Part shown: positions 54,107-64,000 of the stretch, in pieces
Layout of the letters: every line of letters begins with the position of its first letter
Numbering within the stretch: the first letter of the stretch is position 1
Source of the DNA: Cenococcum geophilum
Lineage: Eukaryota
NCBI GenBank assembly: GCA_050273025.1
Contig: CP158635.1
Location: 5,022,001 to 5,086,000 of the forward strand
DNA length: 64,000 nt
Direction of reading: 5' to 3'
Notes under the pieces: generated by a model
Told to the model about the DNA's origin: nothing
Databases searched by the model: none
Seen by the model: the letters and a program-made list of their open reading frames with translations, nothing else
Translations under genes and position numbers: made by a program

Positions 54107-55260
54107 TATATATAAGATTCAATTTACCGTCCGACCTGGTCCCCCTAATAGGTCCACACAGACTAATTCCTATAGGAAAAACCTCCTTACTAAGAAAAAC
54201 CCCATTTTTAAGTGTACAAAAAACCCCCAGGGGAGACGTGAGAGGTAATATTCCAGATAACATCCATACTACATTAACGGGAGGAAAAACACTGTTAGGT
54301 TGCTGCTTTGAGACTCCCTTTATATAGGAGTGTCTAAATACCTATCTTGCCCCATCTGCTATTTAAACCATCTTTGCTATATTTATATATTGTTTATCTA
54401 AGTTATATGCCTATTCCTAGCTCCTTTTCTAAGTCTCCTATAAATATCTCCTAATAAATAACACTTATATTCCGCCCGGGCCTATATACTAAGGTCTCTT
54501 ATCCACTTCTCTATTAAAGGGTTTCTACAACAGGGTGTATATAACTTAGTATTACTTTTGCCCTAGGGCCCAAGCCTAGGCCCTTATACCTATTTATAAG
54601 GTATAGAAGGATAATCTAGTATTTAATAGGGGGCCCAATCCCTATAACTAGATACTTAGGTTACCGGATAATATTAAAATAGGGGGCCTTTGCTACGCTT
54701 AGGGCGCGGATTGCTTATATATGTATATAGATACTATACGGTGTGTGTAGTATTTATAGGAGGGAGGGGGTACGCCGAAGGGATAATACTTGTTAATTTA
54801 ATGTCTAAATATGTATATTAGAGATATAGTAGCGGTGTTTAAACTTTTTTGCTAAGGCTTACCCCTTAGTAAAAAATCTTTGCACTACCACGACGTCGCT
54901 GCGCAGGCGCTGCGCAGCCGTATATACGTCTCTGCGTTCGCTCTAGTAGTTTATTAACACAATCTAAATAGAACATTAATAGTAGCTACCAGGTTCCTGG
55001 GCTCCACCGCATAGGGGTACAGAAGTTGCTTTTCTGGAGTCGTCTTTTTAACTGGTCTGGCGCTAAGGCCTATAAAAACTCTGCTGTTCTAACGGCGTCA
55101 AGGGTTAAGTATTCGAAGGCCCCCTCTAGCCATAACGTAACGCTGCTGCATCAGTAATAGACGAGATCCTCTCTCTTAGCTTAACCATGCGGACAAGATG
55201 AGACGGAAAGGAACCCCCATAGGACCGTATGGGTCAGATCTCGATTTTAGTGTTCCTTTC
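54107..55260 (-). mobile_element. Ribozyme-containing SINE-like retroposon, copy 3 (family a, with ~220-nt 5' extension)
   Basis: TSD TTAATAATATATA at 54094-54106 and 55261-55273, splitting the gypsy E chromodomain. Collinear with 2094-3015. Confidence 0.85.
54930..55041 (-). ncRNA. HDV-like ribozyme (predicted, RIP-damaged, internal)
   Basis: P1 GACTCC/GGAGCC, P2 TTCTGT/GCAGAG, P3 ACC/GGT, L3 CCTATGC, J4/2 GCGAAC. Confidence 0.68.
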
Positions 55261-57445
55261 TTAATAATATATAATAGAAAATATAATCTAAATAATTTAA
55301 ACTTCTTATTAAGTAGGAAGGATATAAAACACAAACTTAGGAAACCTATAACTAGATTAAGACCGACACGCCTTCCCTAGTAAAAGAATTCTATAAAGAC
55401 TATCCTCTATAGCCTACTTTAGCTAAATAGACATAATATAAAGGTAAATAACTACTACCTAATATAAATATATAAAACACAATAGCAGGAAACTTAAAAT
55501 TAAAAAGAACTTAAAATATATTATGACGTTTATAATACGATTATATAATATATAAAATATTAAGGAACTTTAACTAGCAGTTAAAGTTATCTAATTGGTT
55601 AGATTTACCTTACTAAGATCTACTATAAAGATATTAGTTTGGCTTACCGCCTTAACTAAGCTAATAGCGATTTTCTATACTGGGTATAGAAAATCCTAAT
55701 TAGCCTACTTAACGATTAGAACTGGTAAAACGCTATACCGCTACCTAACGCGAAAACATGATACGTAATAAGTTATAAGTCTTAACTAAAATTAAATTAT
55801 TTAGACCTTTGGCTAAAAGGGGGGGTACTATAACGGGACTAGCCCAGTTATAGTAGGAATATCTTAGTAAAACACTTAATAGATAAATTCCGACGCTTTA
55901 ACTAAATTCTACTAAATTTTGCTAGCTTAATTAACTTCTGCTAAATTCTGCTAGATTAATCGAATTTTACCAAAGTCTGTTAAAGACCGCGTGTGTATAT
56001 ACGCACGCATTGACCACTAAGCCCCTAACTATTTAATTATATAATTCTCTTATTATTCCCTTCTCTTCTTTACGCAACGTCTTGTTCTTAGCGAGAGCTA
56101 TATACCCTTAGATTTAGATAGAATTTATATCGTTCCTTTAAATATTCCCCAAAGTCTCTCCGCGCCCTTATAGTAGGAGAATAAAGAGGCATATTAAATT
56201 ATTGATGGAAAAGAAGAAAATCTTAATAATATATTAAAGATACGTCCAAAATTAGACGAAGGTTAATAATGGGAAAGTAAGGTGTTAAGGAAAAGGAGTG
56301 CTTAATAAGTAAAGATGTCCTTATACTTTACCATCTAATACCATTCTAGTAAATAGCCATAACCTTGCCGATATAACTCCGTTATAATAGCGTTATTTAG
56401 AAGAAAGGAAATATAAGTATACGTTATCTAACTATTACTTCTTTATAAAAAACTAAGTACGCGGCTAGGGGAAGGCAATTTAGACGTTAATTAAAGACGT
56501 ATATAGGTTAAATTATACCTAAAACAATACTATAGTATTAAAGAATAACGTTACAGACGTTTCTAATAATCGTATAATAGCTATAGGTGCTATTGCGAAG
56601 TGTCCCTCCTATTTGCTAGGTAGTAGAGCTACGCTAAATATACGGCACAGGACTATTAGAGTTAAAAGCATATATATTAAATCTTAGGAGATAAGTCTCC
56701 TTAATTAACTAATTAATACCTTAACTGTATTTAATAGCCTAAGGGCAGATATAGAAATAATGCGTTGGTAATGTAGAGGATTATATAAAACGATTCTAGA
56801 TTATATCTTAATAGTTAAAGACAATAGTAAGCCAAGGCTCTATACGTTAAATCCCATACTAAAAGGTTTTATAAAACTATACTAGAATACCAAATTGCCT
56901 ATAATACTTATAATTAATTATAGACCGGTATAAAGGCTTAGAAGTAGAGTTATATAAAAATCCCTATATTAGCCTAGGTAGTTACTAGTATACTTCTAGT
57001 AGGCTTCTAACAGATCTCCTAGTAATTCTTACGTCTTTTCTCTAGTTATATTTTTTCCTTATTAAGGTTTTTTAGGAGTTTAAAGTAGGGGTTAAATAGA
57101 TAGATAATATATAGTGGCATACTAATACCTCTCTAATATCTTTCCAAACCCCTTCTGACAAGCCCTTATAATCTCCCTACTATAAGGTAATAGCGATTAG
57201 GGGCTAACTATAAGAAGGGAGGGGGCAATATAAGGGATATTATTACGGATACTTTGGGTTGCCCTTAGGACAACCCCTAGACGCCCCTCGGATAGTCGCT
57301 AGTTACGTGCTAGAGGTATATACCCGTAGTATATAGTCTCTACAATCCCTAAGGCCTTACCTCCTTAAGGATTCGTCTCTCTTACTAATCTATCCTATTC
57401 CATAATCGTGTCCTTATAGCCCCCTATTTATAAGATCCCCTTATA

Positions 57446-59175
57446 TATAGATCTTATAAGAGTACCTAAATAGTGCTTTTAAAAAGGGCTAGATTAGGCC
57501 TAGCAAGTTACCTACTAAAGCGCCCATCTTCTTTATACTAAAAGTAGACGGTATAATATAGCTATACGTTAACTATAGACGCCTAAATAAGATTACGATT
57601 AAGAACTAGTACCCCCTACTACTAGTTAGCGAACTCTTTAATAGGCTTAGCTATGCGAAGATATTTATAAAGCTAGATCTTTATAATACGTACTATAGGA
57701 TTTATATTAAAAAGGGAGATAAATAAAAGACCGTATTTAAGACACGTTATAGTTACTTTAAGTACCTAGTAATACCCTTTAGTCTTATTAACGCCCCTAT
57801 AATATTTTAAAGCTCTAGGAACCCTAGTAGATACTATCTATATAGTTTACCTAGATAATATTCTTATCTACTTAAACAATAAGAATAAGTATGTTAAGTA
57901 TATTAAGTAGGTACTATAATAGCTTTGTGCTTAGGGCCTATACGCTAAACTATTAAAATATATTTTTTATACTAAGAACGTTAAGTTGCTAGGCTTTATT
58001 ATTACCCCTAGGGGTATTATAATAGACCTTAACTGCGTAAAAGCTATTAAGGAATAGCCTAAGCCTAAGTCCTATAGGGATATTTAGGTCTTCCTTAGCT
58101 TTGCTAACTTTTATAGGCGATTTATCTAGAACTACTTAGATACTATATACCCCTACACGTATATCTTATATAGGCACATTATAACCCAACGTTAGATAGG
58201 GAGAAGAAGTAAAAGCGTAAGTTAAAAGGGCCTACTAAATGGTATTAACCTTGGTCCTGGCCTAATAATATATAGTAGGCGTTTTATAAGCTACGCGCTG
58301 CGTTTATATAGGCTTCTCCACTTTACTACTTTAACCTTAATCTACCCTTAATAGTAATTACTAACGCATCCGACTATGCCTATAGCGGTATACTTTTATA
58401 GCCTCTAGGGTAAGGAGATTAACTCTACTAGCACCTAATCGCTTATTATAGTTAGAAGCTTACTAGCCTAAAAGTATAGTATAATACGTATAATAAAGAA
58501 CTACTCGCTATAGTGTAATGCTTTAAGATATAGCGCTATTACCTTAAATATACCGCGTATATAACGCGCGTGCTCTATAATTATAATAATCTTAGGTACT
58601 TTATAACCACTAAGAGCTTATCTACTCGCTAAGCCTAGTACGCTAAGGAACTAGCTAAGTTTAATTTTAAGATTAAATATAAGCTAGGTAAAGTAAATCC
58701 CGCTAATATACTATTTTAGCGCCTGGATTATACTAAAGGCTTTAAAGATAGTAGTAAGAGAATAGTCCTTAATGCTATACTACCTATATTATAGCAAAAG
58801 TTGCGGGTTATAGGCCTTGTGGGCGGCCCTAGTGCAACTATACTAAACTAGTAAGTAGCATATATGCAGTATATAAGCGACCCTCGCGAACTTAGCGCTG
58901 GCGAACTAGAGCGTTCTATTATTCTCTTTAAGACCACTTTAACTAACCTAATAGCGCTAAACCCTAGGGAAGACCCCTTAGCCTAGGCTATAGTCCCCTA
59001 TAACGACCTAGTAAGTTACCTATATATTATAAGTTACTTTACTAGTACTGACTTTATATAGAGTTTCGTACTATAGTAAAAGGTAGTAGTAGCTGCTTTA
59101 GCCAAAACGGCGTTTATAGAATACCCCTCTAAGTTATTAGTTAATTTTATTTATAGAGTATAAAAAAGTAACGCC
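57446..59175 (+). mobile_element. Gypsy C continued (RT, RNase H), interrupted by an E-type LTR
   Basis: YLD(D)IL ~57848, T(D)ASDYA ~58360, (D)KELLAIV ~58492. Confidence 0.88.
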
Positions 59176-59367
59176 TATAACGGGACTAGCCTAGTTATAG
59201 TAGGAATGTCTTAGTAAAACACTCGATAGATAAATTCCAACGCTTTAACCAAATTCTGCTAGATTAATTAAATTCTACTAAAGTCTATCGAAGACCGCGT
59301 GTATATATGCGTACGCATCGACTACCAAGCCCCTAACTATTTAATTATATGATTTTCTTATTATTCC
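59176..59367 (+). repeat. Partial LTR of the gypsy E family, interrupted by gypsy F
   Basis: Matches 55829 onward but lacks one internal repeat unit. Confidence 0.9.
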
Positions 59368-62300
59368 TATCACGGGACGTGGGCAATGGCTACAAAGCGT
59401 ATGTATTCGAGGAGTTTACAAGACGTTGCGCGATCGATCGTAAGGGTCAAGGGCGTAAGGAGGTGATATACCTACGCGTAGCTAACGTAAGCTGTACGTG
59501 AGGTGTACGCGAGAGCACGGGGCTCTCCTATGGAGGCCCCTGCGGTGGGGTTCCGTAACACTACCCCCCCTCTTATAGAGGCGGAGCTCCGGCGACGCTG
59601 TAGTTGCTATATACATATAAAAGGGACGCTTAAGGTATAGAGAAGAAAAAAGGGGGTATCGCTAAAGGCTTGAAACAACGTTATGTAATAAGGCTTGGCA
59701 CCTAAGAATCCGACTAATTAGATAACTTTGACCGTCGGTTAAAGTTCCTAGATATCTTAACGATATTCTAGTTACGTGATCGTACTTTACTATCACGTAA
59801 TGGCAACTTGCGGCAATCTGACGGCAATTTGCCCTTACGTGGCAACGTGCAACGGTTTAACTCTATAAGGGCTCCTATAGAGGATTAGGTATAAAATCTC
59901 TGCTTAGGCCTAGTTTCTATGGGTTTACGTAGTGGAAATCGCTAATTAGATCTTTTGCGTTTTTAAAATCTTCCTATAGTTGCCATTCCGGCTAATCTAT
60001 GTCGAATTCTGTGTAGGTAGCTTTATAGTAGAGCCGCCGTCCTCTGCCTTTACTAAAGTATTTAGAGTCTATAATTCGTTTAACGGTCTACTCCTTATGG
60101 TTCTTGTCTTCGTTCTTATCTCAGATTAGTACTAGTAGGGGTTTAGGCTGTATTTGTCCTAGTAGAGGGTTAGGCTAGTAAAGGTGTAGTAACTATGGGT
60201 GAAACACGGGCTATACCCCGCGGGTGGCTAAGGTAGGTAGAAGCTCTAATTTATATATAGCTCCCCTATTAATGACTTGTTTAATCTAGTAGGGGCTAAG
60301 GTTTTTGTAATTAAGTGACTTTATAGGCCTCTATATAGAGATATTGCGTGTATCTAACTATACCTAGTCGCCAACACGCATCTTAGGTGGTGGTGTTCTA
60401 TAATAGTCGGCGAAGTAAGCCTACTTTGCTTGGGCCCAGGCCATCTCCCCTTTATAGTAGTTAAGTAGATCTTTTATACGGTCTATATGCTGATTAGCAA
60501 GTAGCATCTTAAGGCGTTTTCTATATGGCAGTTTCTTATTAATAGGCTCTGGTGGCTCTATACCAGATTATAGGTAATAACCTTTATTTACGAAGAATAG
60601 GGTAAGTCCTATTATAGCTAAGACGTGGTTATTTGCTACAAACTTAGCTAGTAGAAAGTAGTCTACCTAGTTATCCTAACTATAGGCGACTACCTATTGT
60701 AAGTACGCCTTTATACTAGCGTTAGCGTTTTCTAGTTATCTAGCAGTTTTATAATAAAAGGATATAGACATCTTAATAGAGATACTAAGGTGTTAGCAGA
60801 TCCGCCTCTATATATCAGAGTTAAATTACATACCTTAGTTAGACGTGATAGAGTTAGGTATCCCGTGTAGTCGGTAGACTTCATAAAGGAAGGCGTTAGC
60901 GACGTTGTTAACAGCTACGCCTTCAGTTAGGATGTAGTGGCGTTCTTTTATAAGTCGGTATATTATCATAAGGATGTTCTTATAGGTTTAGCTATATTGT
61001 TTATAAGGTGGTAGGTTAACAACGAAATCTATAGCGATATCTGCCTATCGGCGTATAGGTACTAGTAGAGGGTGTAGTAGTCCTTAGTACTTTATATAAA
61101 ATGCTTTAGCACGCTTATAACCGTAGTAGGCGCCTATAAAGCGTTTAACTAAGTCTATTATTTTGGGCTAGAAGTAGTATCGGCTAAAGAGCTTATAGGT
61201 TCCTCTTTTACCTAGGTGGCTGCTTAACTAGAGGTCATAGGCCATTTAGATTAATTGCCGTTATAGGTCTTCTAAGTTAGGGATAAATAGACGGCCTCTA
61301 TAATAGAGCCTATTCTCTTTTACTTCTAAGGCTGCTATATTAATCTAGCCTAAGCTTTAAAGGTTAATAGGCAGTATATAGGTGCTAGCGGTCTTTGCGG
61401 CAATTAGTTAATATAGTAATAGGTTAATAGAGGTGTTATATGCTGCGGTAATAAGCTTATTAATTTTAGGGGGTAACTCTAGTTCTATAGTATAAAGCTA
61501 AGGTACGGTTAGCTCTGTCTTGGGTAGTATACCTAGGGCCAAGTTTTGCGCTTTTAGGATCGTCTATTATTGAAATTAATTATAGGGGTTATTTTCTAAC
61601 TAAGGAAGGTCTTATAAGCGGCGTGTTAGGCTATTAGGCTTAGTACCTTATACTCCTGGCCTATATATAATTTTAAAGTTAAAACCAAAGAGGAACTCGT
61701 TCTAGCGTGCTTAGTATTAGTTTAGCTATTTTATAGTTATAAAGTACTTAAGGTTGCGATAATCTATAAAAACTTTAGTTAGCTAGTTAGGTTCTGCTAA
61801 GGAAAGTTCTAGTTAGAATTCCTTAAACGCTTATATAATCGCGAGAAGTTCCTTATTATAGATCTTATAGTTATATTCTTATAGTGTAAGCTTAGACGAG
61901 TAGAATGTAACTAGGTAGAGAAGGCCGTCGTCACCCATTTAGGAAAGGACGCCTACATTAACGTAGTCTGAGGAGTTAGTCTTAAGATAGAGTTATTATC
62001 CTAGTATAAAGTAAGCTAGGATAGGTACTTTAGTAAAAGCATCTTTAAGGTCTTAAAACGCCTTCTTATATTTAGGCGTCCAGATAAAACGTAAATATAT
62101 TTTTCTTCCTTTCGCGAAAAGGCCCTTTATTCGCATTATTGCTATAAGTAGTACTATAATACCCGAGAAGTTATATATAAATTTTTAATAGAAGTTAGTA
62201 AAACTAAGGAAAGCTTATACGTCCTTAATGCAGTTAGGGATTTGCTATTTAGTAATTGTGCGTACCTTCTTAGAGTCCATACGGATACCCTTAGTAGTAA

Positions 62301-64000
62301 TAATTAGTCTAAGGTATTTTACTTCTATGACTAAGAATTCGTACTTCTTTAAATTAATATAAAGTCCTGCGTCCCTAAGGCGCTATAGGACCTTTTAAAC
62401 GTGCTCAGTATGCTTAGAAGGGTCGTCGCTATAAATAAGTATATCGTCTAGGTACGCAGAGCAGAAGTTATTAAGGTAGTCCTATAAGGCGTTATTAATA
62501 TAGCTTTAGAAGCTGCCTAGGCCGTTATATACGCTAAAGGGCATAACGGTATATTTAAATTAGCTAAAGCGTAATACAAATACGGTTTTCTATTCGTCAC
62601 CTTCCCGTATTTAGAGGCGGTTAAAGGCGGCGATAATATTAAGCTTGGTATAGATTTTAGCTTGGCTAAGCCGCTTAAGAGTCTTATATATAAGCGGTAT
62701 AGGGTATTAGTTCTTAATTATAATAGCGTTAAGTCCTCTATAGTTAACGCAGAATTAAATACTTCCTCCTAGCTTCTTAGCAAGGAGGATAGGGGCGGCT
62801 GCTAGGGATATACTAGGACAAATAAACCCTTTATTAAGGTGCTCGTTAATATATTTTTTAACAACTAGAAGTTCGTCTTTTAATATTAGGTAAGGTCTCT
62901 TATAGGGTAGCGTTTTTCCTTATTTAATATTAATAGTATAGTCGTTAGGTTAATATAGGGGGAGTATATCTACGCTCTTTTATAAGCATATATTAATAAA
63001 GTTATAATACCTCTTAGGGAGGAGCTTACGGAGTTCCTTATTAGTAAGTCCTTTTTTAAGCTTTATAAACTTCTTAAAGTCTAAAGGTAAAAGTCTATAG
63101 AGTTCTACGGGGGCATCGTTTTCTAAAAGGTTAACTATATCTATCCTATTACTGTAAAGGACGTAGTCCTATTCTTTATTAAGCTTATATAGTCATAATT
63201 AGGAGGCTACGGTAATGGTCTAGCCTTTCCTATATACTATGCAGTAGAAGGCCGCGGCACTTACATAGTAGTAATTAGTCGTAGGTAGAGTAATAAGGGG
63301 TTCCTTAGGTTAGTATCCTAGGGAGTAGATAAAGGCGGCTAGGCTATATCCTAGGCAAGTCTCTCTACAGTATTTAGAGTTAAAGGTTACTTCTCTCTTT
63401 TTCCAGTTAATGGCGGGGTTGTATTATTTAAGCTAGTTTATTCTAAGGATAATAGGGTAGTTAGTAAGTAGTATAATATAGGCCTAGAGCTCTTCCTGGT
63501 ACCTGTTTATATCTAGGTAGAGTTATACCATATAGGTAATCTTCTATGCGGTATAACTACCGTTAGCGAGTTATAGGGCGCGGGCTTTAGTAAGGGGTAA
63601 GGTAGGTAGGTTATAAGTACGTATAAATTAAGTATCTACAAATTTATTAGTAGCTCCGCAATTAATTATAGAACGGCTTTTATATTATTTTTTAGCAGTA
63701 ATTCCTATTATAGGTAAAACTATCTATTTCCGTCTATTTATCTTTACTAAGTTATCTATTAAGCAGGCCGATATATAGATCCCCTTATTATTAGGGCGTC
63801 CTAACCTACGACTTAGGGCTAGGACTTAGCGTTTTCCGTTTCCATATCCAACTCTACCGCTATTACTACGTCTTCGTCTTATACGGTAGTGGTATATAGT
63901 AATATATTTAGTGTCCGGGGCATAGGGTTAGGTATTAGACGGCGGTTACCAAACCTAGCTATTGGGCAGTTTGGGTTCTCGTAATAACAGCCTTCTTAAC
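59368..64000 (-). mobile_element. Ty3/gypsy chromovirus F (3' LTR 59368-59560 and pol), runs off the window
   Basis: TATCACGG...CCGTAACA LTR, PPT AGAGGGGGGGTAG. Chromodomain ~59950-60100, integrase, RNase H ~61975, YLDDIL ~62454, protease ~63660. Confidence 0.92.

Larger units (their letters stand above)
42795..56172 (+). mobile_element. Ty3/gypsy chromovirus E, full-length, hosting a copia and retroposon copy 3
   Basis: 344-bp LTRs 42795-43138 and 55829-56172, TSD GTAAG/GTAGG, PPT AAAAGGGGGGG. Protease DSGA ~44482, RT split at 45501/51665, RNase H TDSSD ~52261, integrase, split chromodomain. Confidence 0.93.
27721..57445 (+). mobile_element. Ty3/gypsy chromovirus D, full-length (~8.9 kb net), hosting a TIR element, a LINE and gypsy E
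   Basis: 217-bp LTRs 27721-27937 and 57229-57445, TSD TATAG, PPT GAAGGGAGGGGG. Protease ~29810, RT ~30880 and ~33037, integrase ~40170-40900, chromodomain ~41320-41460. Confidence 0.93.

Noticed and set aside
55140..55160. Hammerhead core (CTGATG on the minus strand)
   Set aside because: It reads CTGATGC rather than CTGANGA, and there is no properly placed GAAA with flanking stems.
54033..55380. ORFs 54033-54248 and 55198-55380
   Set aside because: Chimeric frames that span insertion junctions.
1..64000. Alternative genetic code or stop readthrough explaining the abundant TAA/TAG
   Set aside because: The stops fall at Gln/Trp positions together with D>N and C>Y changes, and they differ between repeat copies. 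This is the signature of RIP.

Overview
This window is gene-free, AT/TpA-rich fungal (ascomycete-type) repeat DNA that has been heavily mutated by RIP. Conserved motifs read with C>T/G>A damage (e.g. YLDD>YLNN, Q/W codons>stops). It is a nest of transposons up to five levels deep, and most junctions can be resolved from target-site duplications (TSDs). Contents: six Ty3/gypsy insertions (A-F) plus an extra E-type LTR, two Ty1/copia elements, one full-length and one partial Tad1-like LINE, a poly(A)-tailed ORF1-only LINE derivative, three ~1.9-kb non-autonomous TIR elements with 2-bp TSDs, a 128-bp MITE, and a decayed tyrosine-recombinase-like gene in the underlying backbone. The main finding is three ~1-kb non-coding, TSD-flanked retroposons (2085-3035, 11184-12197, 54107-55260; minus strand). 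Each carries an HDV-like self-cleaving ribozyme fold and a 3' tail resembling the local LINE. In two of them the element 5' end coincides with the predicted cleavage G. A second finding is an intron-containing antisense Cys6 gene in the 3' region of two different gypsy elements. No intact protein-coding gene is supported. All calls were made by eye, with no database searches or folding runs.
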